From a virus, in the IMG/VR virus record IMGVR_UViG_3300027749_000042: a stretch of DNA of 64,000 bases. One strand, given 5' to 3'. The translations under genes were made by a program, and so were the position numbers. Within the stretch, counting starts at the first letter, position 1, and each line of letters opens with the position of its first letter. A model generated the notes under the pieces. It searched no databases. It was not told where the DNA came from and saw only the letters and a program-made list of their open reading frames with translations. Positions 29,001 through 39,212 of this stretch are shown piece by piece.

Positions 29001-29094
29001 AGTCAATGCGATCTTCTCGAATACGTTCCTGTCGCTTCGCACGAACTATCTACCAGTCACTTCAAACGCAACATTTGCTTATAGCGTAGGGTAA
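26011..29094 (+). CDS. gp7: Baseplate wedge initiator gp7-like with extensions
   Basis: QFP.FIRE..P.FV.FL..Y, REFY.S.G...SF, LQD.YYYQ.FSYV, LVHPAG.K.FG; C-terminal TYP(G/A)AGTAN repeats. Confidence 0.8.
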   Translation: MATYAVGIVEFIAVTADQVLQWGAGAAATANVAVSEIVGGPVWSLSITESARANNTTFMRYTGAAAMAESVSITDTPASISNIVETITASTTQRANVVFAASITSPVSATDAFIRVTPVSIVESVTLRDQPFYEKHVVSGAEEIYRKISPKIEMQFPGFIREEGPQFVAFLKGYHQFAEQTGMPIDAIRGLPDNQDIDRSLDMFVEYFRREFMPNIPKYVAADQRLMTKYIREFYRSRGSDDSFRAIFRAMFNKEIDLYYPGQDVLRASDGRWVKETIIRVGTPYNTIPTSMAGNIITGLTSGATARVENTQTLEASGILVYDLTIQGVVGTFSDGEIVQDEYGNRATINNQLGALTGIDVLQGGAFHSAGGSYHKKGDVVEITGASSSEPAYGIVTEVSNKSAVQVTLLNGGAGYTKDHTVITTSGGSGVGLAIRINSWTQTAVSTAINSDAIAPMALVMIGTPNYFVSTGANTATVSSKLSGKLIFSTTSNTISGIGTTFQSQLSNDLLVRVAGQANTLRVHSVLSDTSFVSAFRPLNNQTSPGADAYIRLAAANVNSTLASAFAFSTTGTYSINSIAIISPGYDYKTLPTITITDDTTSVLNIEDGNGGFLGRNAVIGIDNAPGAIVSIDITAGGANFNRNELATIQNVTQGNSVIIESTPGNLGTTWRKTKTTFNASGTPQVSGITKLPGRYTDTKGFLSWNNRLQDNYYYQEFSYVVRVTELVDKYRDIIKNLVHPAGTKMFGTYNMRSAATMPFTLVQASSNIQNVRDNEPVTALDSFTGTMVSNGSITSSSITPAEITAAYVSKDVNISNVANANGVPAALATYPGAGTANVTATTTKTAIGTYPAAGTANTAVTDTPVAIGTYPAARTEAATANNTQVAIATYPGAGTANIALNTTQAAEKLILASGRYVTVQYANSTVSLYESIPTSVYDAIAISMFDDKPRLVRIAKGTPWFANNALRANTGSIQVGGNGTSVIVSAVGSGSTTVYQVNAIFSNTFLSLRTNYLPVTSNATFAYSVG

Positions 29095-29097
29095 TCT

Positions 29098-29105
29098 TAT
29101 AAATA
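29098..29105 (+). promoter_or_regulatory. T4-type late promoter
   Basis: TATAAATA in the intergenic gap. Confidence 0.75.
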
Positions 29106-29161
29106 GCAAGCTAAATAGTCGTAGTTAGATTATTTAAAATCAATCCATAGAGGAGAGAAAA

Positions 29162-29731
29162 ATGGAAAATAAAGTTGAACCAAATACTATGGCTGACGCT
29201 TCGGTTATCCGTGGTGCTGGTGTAGGTGAAGGACTAACAGTTTCTGGTTATTACACAGTGTCATGCGTTGATGAAAATGGTGTTGTAAAGTGGACCGATG
29301 AGTTCTCAAATCTTGTAACCACTGTTGGTAAGAATGACCTTCTAGACAAGTATCTAGCCGGTTCTGCTTATACCGCTGCTTGGTATATGGGTCTCATTAG
29401 CTCCACATCTTACACAGCCGTAGCTGCTGGTGACACAATGTCATCTCACACAGGTTGGTTGGAAGCTGGCGCTACCTATAACCCAACATATTCACAGGCT
29501 ACTCGCCCAACTCCAGCTTGGTCTGCCGCATCTGCCGGGTCTAAGGCTACATCCGCTGCGGTTTCGTTCTCAATCACTTCTTCTGGTACTGTCAAGGGCG
29601 CATTCTTGAATTCAGTATCAACCAAGGATGGCACAACTGGCGTTCTTTACTCTGCTGGTTTATTCACTGGCGGCGATAAGGTCGTATCAAGCGGCGACAC
29701 TGTAAACGTAACCTACACAGCGAGCGCGTAA
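29162..29731 (+). CDS. Virion structural protein (hypothetical)
   Basis: W.D...NLVTT.GK..LLD...WY.GL...GDT..VTYT; strong GAGGAG RBS. Confidence 0.6.
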   Translation: MENKVEPNTMADASVIRGAGVGEGLTVSGYYTVSCVDENGVVKWTDEFSNLVTTVGKNDLLDKYLAGSAYTAAWYMGLISSTSYTAVAAGDTMSSHTGWLEAGATYNPTYSQATRPTPAWSAASAGSKATSAAVSFSITSSGTVKGAFLNSVSTKDGTTGVLYSAGLFTGGDKVVSSGDTVNVTYTASA

Positions 29732-29737
29732 GCTAAT

Positions 29738-31330
29738 ATGGCTGGTGGATTAATCACTTCTCATTTTCGTATTCACAATGCGATGCAGTTTGCTGAATCG
29801 TTTAGCGAAACTACGCCTTCGCGATATTATTTCTTTATCGCGAAGAGCTATGCATGGGTTAATGAGGTTGATCCACCAAGTCCAGTAGACACATATCAGG
29901 AAACTTACTACAATCAGTGGCGTGATATGATGTCGGTTAAACGCATATATGCATCACAGGTTTCTCATGTAGTACCTCGTTATGATTGGACATCTGGTAC
30001 GGTTTATGATGAGTGGGACGACAAGGAAGATTTGCAAACTTATGTAAGTCATTCTATTCAAGAGCATAACTATTACGCACTTACAAATGAAAATAACGTG
30101 TACAAGGTCATCGACAATAATGGATATGCTGCCTCTACGGTTAAACCAACCGGGACAGGGACATCCATTATTTCAACAGCAGATGGTTATCGTTGGAAAT
30201 ACATGTACACAATTTCTGCTGGTGAAGCGCTGAACTTTCTTACACATGATTATATGCCAGTAAAAACATTATTGTCTAACGATAATAGTTCCCAGTGGAC
30301 AGTACAGGATAATACCGTTGAAGGATCTATCAATAATATCATTGTTAGTAACACAGGAAGTGGTTACCTTGTAACGTCAAACACATTTGCATCTGTTACC
30401 AATTCAACTGTTATGACATTAAAAAGTAATGCTCTTGCTGTGGACGCCGCATATACAGATTCAGCCATTTTCATTAAAGCTGGAACTGGTTCTGGGCAAA
30501 TTAGATCCATCACTGATTATATGGGTGCAACTAGAAAACTAACAGTGAATAATGCGTTTACAACTCTACCCGACACCACAAGTGAATATTATATCTCTCC
30601 TCGCGTAATTATTCGTGGTGATAGTGGTTCTTCGGTATCCACACGCGCATCGGCATATGTGTCGAATGCTTTGGGTGGTATCGTTCGAAGCGTTACTGTA
30701 ATTGCGCCAGGGTCAGGTTATACACAAGCTAATGTTGTATTTAAACGTAATCCATCATATGGTTCTGGCGCAAATGCTTATGTTATCATACCGCCAGTAG
30801 GTGGGCATGGGTCTGATCCAGTTGATGAGCTTCGTGGTTACAATATTATGATTAACGTAAATCTTGTAGGTTCGGAAGCTAACACATTTACATCGAACAA
30901 CGATTTCCGAATTATTGGGCTTCTTCGTGACCCGCTTTTGGCTGGTGGTTTAGTAGCAAATGCGTCAGTTATCGACCAGTGTACCAGAATTAACGTAACA
31001 AATGTTAGCGGTGATTTTCGAGCTGACGAAGTGATTACTGGACTAACAACAGGCGCAACCGCAAGAAATGTGTATTTTGCAAATTCAAATTCAACACGAA
31101 CTTCTGGCATTGTCCGTGTTATTCGTGAAACAACAAACGGTACTGGGCAATCATTTTTGACCGGCGAAACTATTGTTGGGGCCACAACAGGCGTGACAGC
31201 TTTGGTATCATCTCGTATTGATCCGGCTATGAAACGCAACACTGGTTTCATACTATATACTGAGTATAGAGAAAAGGTCGAACGCGCCGGCGATCAAACA
31301 GAAAATATTAAGATAGTACTCAAATTTTAA
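29738..31330 (+). CDS. gp8: Baseplate wedge subunit gp8
   Basis: PRYDW.SG..Y, VYK.IDN, DGY.WKYMY, GGHG.DP..EL, Q.E.IK.VL.F. Confidence 0.88.
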   Translation: MAGGLITSHFRIHNAMQFAESFSETTPSRYYFFIAKSYAWVNEVDPPSPVDTYQETYYNQWRDMMSVKRIYASQVSHVVPRYDWTSGTVYDEWDDKEDLQTYVSHSIQEHNYYALTNENNVYKVIDNNGYAASTVKPTGTGTSIISTADGYRWKYMYTISAGEALNFLTHDYMPVKTLLSNDNSSQWTVQDNTVEGSINNIIVSNTGSGYLVTSNTFASVTNSTVMTLKSNALAVDAAYTDSAIFIKAGTGSGQIRSITDYMGATRKLTVNNAFTTLPDTTSEYYISPRVIIRGDSGSSVSTRASAYVSNALGGIVRSVTVIAPGSGYTQANVVFKRNPSYGSGANAYVIIPPVGGHGSDPVDELRGYNIMINVNLVGSEANTFTSNNDFRIIGLLRDPLLAGGLVANASVIDQCTRINVTNVSGDFRADEVITGLTTGATARNVYFANSNSTRTSGIVRVIRETTNGTGQSFLTGETIVGATTGVTALVSSRIDPAMKRNTGFILYTEYREKVERAGDQTENIKIVLKF

Positions 31331-31342
31331 TCGGAAGGTATC

Positions 31343-34300
31343 ATGGCTGGAGAAGCAAATTCCGTCACGCTCTCAACAAACTTTAACGTAGATCCATTCT
31401 ACGATGATTTTGATGAGGCAAAGAACTATCATAGAATCCTTTTTCGTCCAGGACTAGCAGTTCAGGCCCGTGAACTGACTCAAATGCAAACGATCCTGCA
31501 AAACCAGATTGATCGTTTTGCTGAACATATTTTTAGAGAAGGTTCAACCGTTAACGGTTTTGAAATGAATTATGATGTAATGTATAATTATGTTCGTGTT
31601 CGCGACCGTTCGAGTACAGGTTCTGCTATTTCTCCAGTTGATTTCGTAGGTAAAACAATTCAAGGCCAAACATCTGGCGTTACCGCTCTTGTTGTCAATA
31701 CAAATGACGGTTCAGAAGCTAACACACCACACACGAAAACTCTATTCATTAAGTATCAATCAGCAAGCGGTGGAACACGTTATTTTGGTAATAACGAAAT
31801 TCTAATCGCTACAGACGGTAGCGGTCTTACTGCTAATACGATTGTGGGAACAGCAACATATCCAGCCGAAGGTTATGGGTTAGCAGCAACATTCAATTCT
31901 GGTATCGTGTATGCGCGAGACCATTTCATCCGTGTTCCGGCTCAAACTTTGATTCTTGATAAGTATGGCCGCCGCCCAAGTGTTCGTGTTGGTTTTGATA
32001 TCACAGAATCAATCGTTACAGAAGTTGATGATAGTACCCTCCTTGATCCCGCTTCCGGTTCATATAACTATGCTGCCCCAGGTGCTGCTCGTCTCAAACT
32101 TGAAGTTTCATTGAAAAAGCTTGACCTTGATGCTGCTATATCAAATACCTTTGTTGAATTGATGCAGATAAAAGAAGGCATTGTTCAATCAATTTCAAAT
32201 CGCACACAATACTCACAAATTCGTGATTATATGGCTCAGAGAACATCTGACGAGTCTGGAGACTATATTGTTTCTGGGCATAGTTTGTCTGTCAAAGAAC
32301 ATCTAAAATCAGGTAATAATCAAGGCATCTATACTGCTGCTGAAGGTGGCGTTTCAACTAGATTGTGTGTTATAGTTGCACCAGGAAAATCATATGTAAA
32401 AGGGTATGATAATCAAACAATCGTATCGTCTCGCGTTAATATGAATAAAGCAACTGACACTGCTTCTGTTTCCGATGCGAAAGCTCTGGTTGATTATGGT
32501 AACTATCTTCTTGTAGACAATGTTGTTGGTAAGTGGAATCTGGACGCACAGTCTTTAGTCAATTTAAAAAACGATCAGTCAAATGCTGTAAGCACACTTG
32601 CATATTCGACAACATGGCCAACTGGTGGTGCTAAAGGCACAACAATTGGTTCTGCTCGCGTTAAGGGGCTTGAGTACTTCTCAGGTACACCTGGTGCACC
32701 AGACGCGGTTTATAAATTGTATCTAACAGATGTAAAAATGACTGCGCCCTACACGTTCCCGCAAGTTAAAGGTATTGCGTATTCCGCAAATACACCTGGT
32801 AAAGCAGACGTTCGTTATGCGTCAGCTAATACACAAGATGCAGCGACAGATATTTCCGTTTTCCGTTTGCCTACAATCGCGACAAAGACACTACGCAATA
32901 CATCTGGCGTAATCAATAACGATTTTACATTCTATAAGACATATTCACAAACAACAGACACATCTGGTGTGGCTGCAATTAATACAGGCGACGATAATCA
33001 GACGTTTGATGGCGGTGGTTCAGTATTAAGTCAATCTGGTCGACGCACTGATTTCCATGCTGTAGTAACAAGTGCTGCTAATACCGTTGCCGCTGGTTCT
33101 GTTACCATATCTCTTGCTGGTAATACAGTTACAGGAGCTGCTGGTTCTGCGTTTACAACTAAGATTAATAAAGGTGATGTGCTTCACATCGGCGTTGCTG
33201 GTGATCTTATTGTCAGTGCGGTAAATAGTGATACATCATTAAGTGTTCTTGGTACAGCCGCAGGTGCTGTAGCTGCTGGCAAGTACTACAAGAAATTCAT
33301 ATCTGGGCAGGTTGTTGATCTTGGTGGTTATGGTGGAGACGGCGCTCGTACAGTTACCATTTCTTCAACACCATCTCGAATTGCAACGATTGATTTGAAC
33401 GAAACTTTCAATAGCACAGGTGCGCCTCTAAGCATCATCGCGAAAGTCAATCAGATTGATGGGCAAGAAGCTGCAAAATCAGTTATTCGTAGTCGTTTAG
33501 TCCAGATCAATGTTGGTATGGGCGGAGGCACTTCATATGTTGCAAATACAACTGGTCCTTGGTCACTAGGTTTGTCTGATGGTTTCAAGCTTGTATCTGT
33601 GCGTAAGGTTACCGGTGGTGCACCAGCTTCATTTACAACCACAACATCTGGTACCGACGTAACAAATGATTTCGTACTCGACACTGGTATGCGTGATAAC
33701 TATTATGACCATGCTCGTTTGGTAAAGAAGTCAACAAGTAGCTTGTCGCTCAGCAGCTTGGATCGTTTGCTTGTTACATTGGATCACTTCACACACAGCC
33801 ATTCCTCTGGTGTAGGATTCTTCTCAATCAATTCATACCCAGTAGATGATTCTCTTGCTGGCTCTGATACGACTAAGATTTACACATATGAAATTCCAAT
33901 CTTTACGTCACCAACATCTGGTGTCTCTTATGATCTTCGTGACTCGTTGGATATTCGTCCGCGTATCGCAGACACAGCCAATAGTGTTACGGTACTTACA
34001 GGAATTTCAAAGAATCCTCTTACATCAACAACATTCTATAATCCAACCGGTTGCTTGAAATATTCTCCAACAGGTGAAGATTTTACAACGGACGCTGATT
34101 ATTATCTAAAGCGTACCGACACTGTTGCAATCTCAAAGACGGGGGGCATTAACATAGTTCGTGGTGTTCCTGCAGCGCGCCCATCAGCTCCTGCGGTACC
34201 AGAAGATATGATGGCCATTGCAACAATTCAACTTGCGCCATATCCATCCCTTCCTAATGAAATTGGGCGTCGGATCAATCGCGCAGACTTAACAAATGTG

Positions 34301-37300
34301 ATTCGTAAGATTCGCAATGAGCGTTATACCATGCGCGATATCGGGACAATGCGTGATCGTATCGACCGCCTTGAGTACTACACATCTCTAAACTTGTTGG
34401 AAAAAAATTCTAAGGATCTATTAATTCCAGACGTAAATGGAAACGATAGATTTAAGAATGGTATTTTGGTTGATCCATTCAAAGGATATGCAATCGCAAA
34501 TCCTTATGATAATGATTCAAAATGGACAGTTGATACCGAGAAGGGCGAGATGCGCCCATTATCATCGGTTCAGGAAATTGTTCCGGTATATTCTGCAAAT
34601 TCAGTAAATGTGGTACGCACTAACGTAACACCGGCTGGTGTGTCGCGTGACCAAACGATTACGATATCCGATTATGATGCGCGAGTAGCAACTATTGGGT
34701 CAACAGTAACATCTGGTGCAATTACAGGCGTCATTAGAAATGCTGTAGGTAATTTTGCAACAGATTCAACTAAAATATATCTAGAACAATGTACAGGCAA
34801 CTTTACATCTGGTGGCACATGCTCACTTTACATACCTACGCTAACACCTAATTTTAATATTACCGCGGTAGCTATCACAACTCCAGGTGATCTGGTAACT
34901 CTACCATATACACATAAAATTTTGGTTGAGCAACCATGGGCTACCACAACTCGTAACTGCACTGGTACTGCATATAACTGGATGGGCACTCTTACCCTAA
35001 CACCAGATAGCGATTATTGGTGCGATACAACAACAAGACCAGATGTTAATATCAGCTTGGATATGAATACTGATAACTGGTTATATATTGCTGGCGCATG
35101 GCCAACATCATACGATGCTTGGAAAACTACATTCACTGGACAACCCGTATTATCAAGTCAGAGAGAAATTGATAATGGAACTGTAAACGTCCCACAAGCT
35201 GACGGCTCAACAAACATTGTTCAAAATTTCACTACAGAAAGTATTTTTACCACGCCAACAATTGAGACGCGCACTTATAATAATCTAAAAGCGAAGATTG
35301 TAGAAGCTACTGAGGTAGTAGGCAATTTTGTCAAGGACGTAAACATTCAACCATTCATGCGCTCGCGTATGATCCTTTTCAAACTTGATGGTATGAAGGC
35401 AAGCAGTCGCATTTATGGGTTCTTTGACGGTATTGATATTAATGCATATATCACACCACTTACAGCAGCAGAGTATGCATCTGGTGGTAACGGTCTAAAA
35501 GTTGGAGTTGGTGGAATTAGATTTGCGCCGCTAACATACGCTGAAGGCGCAGCACTAGTTACAAATAGCGATAGCACAGCATATGGTATTTTCCGTTTGC
35601 CTAGTGACTCTCGTTTGAGATTCCATACTGGCACAAAGCGTATGCGTTTTGTTGACAATTCAACAAATAGCAAAACATTTGGTCAATTTACAACATCAGC
35701 AGAATCAGATTATTCTGCTGAAGGTTTGATGGCAGGTATTTCTGATCTAACACTGTCAACTAAGAAAGCTATTATTGCTCAGCAATTCTTGACAGAATCA
35801 AAAAATGCGGAGTTCAATTCAACATCATTGGTTGGTGGTCAACGTATCGTTGGTGTTATTGCAGCGCCTAATCAGGATGCTGGGGATGGTGGACCATGGG
35901 GAGATAGTCCTGCAGCGCCACCCGTATGGGATGTTGCACCAGTAGCAGATGGTAACTGTGGATCAGCAAACGATCCTATCGCACAGACAATGCTTATTTC
36001 AGCATTGTTGACAAATAGAATACATTCTAGCGGAATGTATTTGACAAAAATCGACCTGTTCTTTGCAACAAAAGACGCAACTCTACCATTTACTTTTGAA
36101 CTGCGTGAAGTTGACTCAGGAACTGGTTACATCACATCTCGCGTTGTCCCATTCTCTCGCGTTGTAATTCCTTCAACCGATGTGAATATTAGCAGCGACG
36201 GTTCAGCAGCAACACCTGTATATTTCGCGTCACCAGTTTATGTTGGCGAAGATAAAGAATATGCTATCGTCATTATTCCTGCTGCTGCAAATCCAAATTA
36301 CAATGCGTTTACAGCGGTTCTTGGGCAACCAGACTTGCGTTATGGTGTAAAAATTACTCAACAGCCAGCTGCTGGGTTCTTGTTTACTTCTGCAAATCAA
36401 AGCACATGGGTACCAGTTGAAAATGAAGATTTGAAGTTCGTCGCATATCATGCAGTATTTCCTACAGGTGTAAATGGTGATATCATTCTCAAAAATGAGT
36501 CACGCGATTACCTAACCATTGCTAATACAACAGGCGCATTCAACCGAATCGGTGAGCCTGTATTTGGTGAAGTTCATCTTGATGGTAAATTTACCAACAC
36601 AGCTACCATCACTGTTGGCAATACATCATACACAGGCACACACTTCGCGCATGGTCTAACTTCAAATGCTTACGGTACAATTACATACTGGAGCACAACA
36701 GGAATTCGTGTGCGTGGTGTTCCGACAGGTAGAATGTTTAGGGGTGGTGAAACGATTAAGATTCGTAAAACTTCACCGACAACTGGAACTATCATTGGTG
36801 CGAATACGAGCGGTAGATTTAAGTCTGCAACATATCCATCTGGGCGCGTAACTTATTATGATGTTGTAAACTATGCAAATACCAAGCTGCATATTGCAAA
36901 TACATCATACGCAAACAGTGGACCAGCAAACAATCTAAATCGTATGTTTACAAGAAACATGACGATTGTTGGTCAAACAAATGGTTACAGTGGGCGTATT
37001 GTTTCGATAGATAATTTGACTGCTGATAAAGTCAATTTGATTACCAATTTGATTCAGCCTTCAAATACTACCATAACACCATATACAAAATTTGCTACAA
37101 GCACGAGCGCAAGAGATACTGCATATGTTCGTGCGTTGTTGAATGACGATACAGCTTTTGATGCCCCTAGATATATTTTGAGTCGTAGCAATGAATCAAA
37201 CACTTCGTCATCATCTGCATCTATGGCACTCAATAAATCTGCTGAAGTTCTTTATAGATTGACTTCGATAAACACTGTAGCCTCTCCGGCAATCGACTTG

Positions 37301-37867
37301 AGCCGTATTTCGGTTGTTACTACAAACAATCTGATTAGCTCAAATGCTGAAATTGGATCATCTGAAGATTGGGTAAAATCTGGTGGCAATTCAAAGACTC
37401 GTTATATTACTCGTCGCGTGTCACTAGCTGACGGACAAGATGCGGAAGACCTTCGTGTTTATCTTTCTGGCTATCAACCATCAGGCGCTCAGATTTTTGT
37501 CTATGCTAAGATTTTGAGTGGCGATGATAACGATCTGTTCTCAGACACACGTTGGGTTCCAATGGAACGTGACGACTCGCAAGGATTTACTTTGACAACT
37601 GCATATTCAAGCAGTGTCAATAGAGATGACTTTATTGAGTTTGTATATAATATTCCAGATTTCCCAACAACTGCAATTGCTGATACCAGTGGACGTGCAA
37701 TAAATCAATACGGAGCAAATACGGCAACAGGCATCGTTGAATATCGCAACTCTGGAAAAGTTCGTTTCCAACGATTCAAGTATTTTGCGATTAAGGTGGT
37801 ATTGGTTGGATCTAGTTCAAATCCACCACGTGTTCGCGAACTTCGTGCGATTGCGCTACAGAGGTAA
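31343..37867 (+). CDS. Large virion structural protein (VrlC/DUF4815-like)
   Basis: PFYDDFD..KNY.RILFRPG.AVQARELTQ.Q, APGA.RL, LEYYTSL.LLE, RFKNG..VD.F, DPIAQT, EDLKF. Confidence 0.85.
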   Translation: MAGEANSVTLSTNFNVDPFYDDFDEAKNYHRILFRPGLAVQARELTQMQTILQNQIDRFAEHIFREGSTVNGFEMNYDVMYNYVRVRDRSSTGSAISPVDFVGKTIQGQTSGVTALVVNTNDGSEANTPHTKTLFIKYQSASGGTRYFGNNEILIATDGSGLTANTIVGTATYPAEGYGLAATFNSGIVYARDHFIRVPAQTLILDKYGRRPSVRVGFDITESIVTEVDDSTLLDPASGSYNYAAPGAARLKLEVSLKKLDLDAAISNTFVELMQIKEGIVQSISNRTQYSQIRDYMAQRTSDESGDYIVSGHSLSVKEHLKSGNNQGIYTAAEGGVSTRLCVIVAPGKSYVKGYDNQTIVSSRVNMNKATDTASVSDAKALVDYGNYLLVDNVVGKWNLDAQSLVNLKNDQSNAVSTLAYSTTWPTGGAKGTTIGSARVKGLEYFSGTPGAPDAVYKLYLTDVKMTAPYTFPQVKGIAYSANTPGKADVRYASANTQDAATDISVFRLPTIATKTLRNTSGVINNDFTFYKTYSQTTDTSGVAAINTGDDNQTFDGGGSVLSQSGRRTDFHAVVTSAANTVAAGSVTISLAGNTVTGAAGSAFTTKINKGDVLHIGVAGDLIVSAVNSDTSLSVLGTAAGAVAAGKYYKKFISGQVVDLGGYGGDGARTVTISSTPSRIATIDLNETFNSTGAPLSIIAKVNQIDGQEAAKSVIRSRLVQINVGMGGGTSYVANTTGPWSLGLSDGFKLVSVRKVTGGAPASFTTTTSGTDVTNDFVLDTGMRDNYYDHARLVKKSTSSLSLSSLDRLLVTLDHFTHSHSSGVGFFSINSYPVDDSLAGSDTTKIYTYEIPIFTSPTSGVSYDLRDSLDIRPRIADTANSVTVLTGISKNPLTSTTFYNPTGCLKYSPTGEDFTTDADYYLKRTDTVAISKTGGINIVRGVPAARPSAPAVPEDMMAIATIQLAPYPSLPNEIGRRINRADLTNVIRKIRNERYTMRDIGTMRDRIDRLEYYTSLNLLEKNSKDLLIPDVNGNDRFKNGILVDPFKGYAIANPYDNDSKWTVDTEKGEMRPLSSVQEIVPVYSANSVNVVRTNVTPAGVSRDQTITISDYDARVATIGSTVTSGAITGVIRNAVGNFATDSTKIYLEQCTGNFTSGGTCSLYIPTLTPNFNITAVAITTPGDLVTLPYTHKILVEQPWATTTRNCTGTAYNWMGTLTLTPDSDYWCDTTTRPDVNISLDMNTDNWLYIAGAWPTSYDAWKTTFTGQPVLSSQREIDNGTVNVPQADGSTNIVQNFTTESIFTTPTIETRTYNNLKAKIVEATEVVGNFVKDVNIQPFMRSRMILFKLDGMKASSRIYGFFDGIDINAYITPLTAAEYASGGNGLKVGVGGIRFAPLTYAEGAALVTNSDSTAYGIFRLPSDSRLRFHTGTKRMRFVDNSTNSKTFGQFTTSAESDYSAEGLMAGISDLTLSTKKAIIAQQFLTESKNAEFNSTSLVGGQRIVGVIAAPNQDAGDGGPWGDSPAAPPVWDVAPVADGNCGSANDPIAQTMLISALLTNRIHSSGMYLTKIDLFFATKDATLPFTFELREVDSGTGYITSRVVPFSRVVIPSTDVNISSDGSAATPVYFASPVYVGEDKEYAIVIIPAAANPNYNAFTAVLGQPDLRYGVKITQQPAAGFLFTSANQSTWVPVENEDLKFVAYHAVFPTGVNGDIILKNESRDYLTIANTTGAFNRIGEPVFGEVHLDGKFTNTATITVGNTSYTGTHFAHGLTSNAYGTITYWSTTGIRVRGVPTGRMFRGGETIKIRKTSPTTGTIIGANTSGRFKSATYPSGRVTYYDVVNYANTKLHIANTSYANSGPANNLNRMFTRNMTIVGQTNGYSGRIVSIDNLTADKVNLITNLIQPSNTTITPYTKFATSTSARDTAYVRALLNDDTAFDAPRYILSRSNESNTSSSSASMALNKSAEVLYRLTSINTVASPAIDLSRISVVTTNNLISSNAEIGSSEDWVKSGGNSKTRYITRRVSLADGQDAEDLRVYLSGYQPSGAQIFVYAKILSGDDNDLFSDTRWVPMERDDSQGFTLTTAYSSSVNRDDFIEFVYNIPDFPTTAIADTSGRAINQYGANTATGIVEYRNSGKVRFQRFKYFAIKVVLVGSSSNPPRVRELRAIALQR

Positions 37868-37869
37868 AA

Positions 37870-38085
37870 ATGATAATAGCGAAGGTTAAAGACGCGCCTG
37901 GTTTGGTACGAGATATGTCAAACCAGGCGGTACTCAACACAGACATTTCTGCCCTGGAAGCTTATAAGCGCAAGAGAAATAAGCAACAGGAGATAGACGA
38001 GGTCATCTTGGATATAAATAATATGAAGTCTGATATAGATCAAATAAAATCGCTGATGCAGCGACTTTTAGACAAGATAGGATAA
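37870..38085 (+). CDS. Small coiled-coil protein following the VrlC-like gene
   Basis: KV....LVRD....A.LN.D....Y; heptad C-terminus. Confidence 0.7.
   Translation: MIIAKVKDAPGLVRDMSNQAVLNTDISALEAYKRKRNKQQEIDEVILDINNMKSDIDQIKSLMQRLLDKIG
38013..38020 (+). promoter_or_regulatory. T4-type late promoter (intragenic)
   Basis: TATAAATA about 70 nt before the fibre gene at 38089. Confidence 0.5.
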
Positions 38086-38088
38086 TAG

Positions 38089-39210
38089 ATGGCTAAGATA
38101 GCTAACGTCGCCCTTACGGATACATTTAACACGTGGAGAACACGAACCAACACTGTTTTGGATCGTGTAAGCCAGTTTGCTATCAATAACTCATCTCTGT
38201 ATGCTAACACTCTGACATCCAACGTAGCTTTTACCGCAAAAGGAACTGCTACTGTCACGGGTTTATTTACTGCATCAGGTAGAGCTACTATAGGCACCAA
38301 TCTTACCGTCTCTGGTAATACTACAATAACCGGTTTGACTACAATGAGTGGGCGTGCTACTGTAGGAACAAACCTAACTGTTTCTGGTAATACAACTTTC
38401 GGTGGCGCAAGCAAAACCATAACAATGGGTGGTGCTGCATCTACTCTAACAATTGGTGGCGCTGGACACACAACTAATGCCACAGGTTGGTTCGGTGTTG
38501 CGGGTCGTGCGACAGTTTCGACCAATCTGTTTGTTGGTGGTAATACTGGTATTGGAATAGTACCACAATCTGCTCTATCTGTCAAAGGATACATTCAAGG
38601 CGCGCCAACAGGCGGTGATGGCATTCATATGGGAGCCTCTACAGGCTATGCTGTTGTAGAAATGTCTGGAACAACTGGTGGTTATATTGATTTTAATAAG
38701 GGAGATGGAGTAGATTATAGAGGTCGTATTTTTTATCAACACTCTACAGATGCTCTCACTTTTCATACGGCTGCTGGTTCAGCTTCATTAACAATTGCAG
38801 GTAGTGGTCTTGTAACTGCTGCTAAATCTGCTACAGTTACTCAGAACCTCACAGTTTCTGGTAACACCACACTAGGCGGTACAATAAACGTAGCCGGCGC
38901 AAACATTCTTCAACAAACACTTGCTGATGGTGCTACAGTTAACTGGAACGTAGCACTTGGGCAAATTGCAACTGTTACTCTTGGTGGTAACCGCACAATG
39001 GCTGCACCAACAAATCTAAAAGTAGGTACATATATTCTCCATGTGTATCAAGACGGTACGGGTTCACGCACAATAACATGGAATGCCGTATTCAAGTGGA
39101 CTGCTGCTACTGCTCCTCCATTGACTTCAGCAATCAATTCACATGATGTTTTTTCGTTCGTTTCTGATGGTACAAATCTCTATGGTTCATTCATGCCGGA
39201 TGTAAGATAA
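38089..39210 (+). CDS. Tail fibre/whisker-like protein
   Basis: N-terminal DTFNTWR..TN, repeated GRAT.GTNLTVSGNTT, C-terminal QDGTGSRT.TW...FKW. Confidence 0.7.
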   Translation: MAKIANVALTDTFNTWRTRTNTVLDRVSQFAINNSSLYANTLTSNVAFTAKGTATVTGLFTASGRATIGTNLTVSGNTTITGLTTMSGRATVGTNLTVSGNTTFGGASKTITMGGAASTLTIGGAGHTTNATGWFGVAGRATVSTNLFVGGNTGIGIVPQSALSVKGYIQGAPTGGDGIHMGASTGYAVVEMSGTTGGYIDFNKGDGVDYRGRIFYQHSTDALTFHTAAGSASLTIAGSGLVTAAKSATVTQNLTVSGNTTLGGTINVAGANILQQTLADGATVNWNVALGQIATVTLGGNRTMAAPTNLKVGTYILHVYQDGTGSRTITWNAVFKWTAATAPPLTSAINSHDVFSFVSDGTNLYGSFMPDVR

Positions 39211-39212
39211 AC

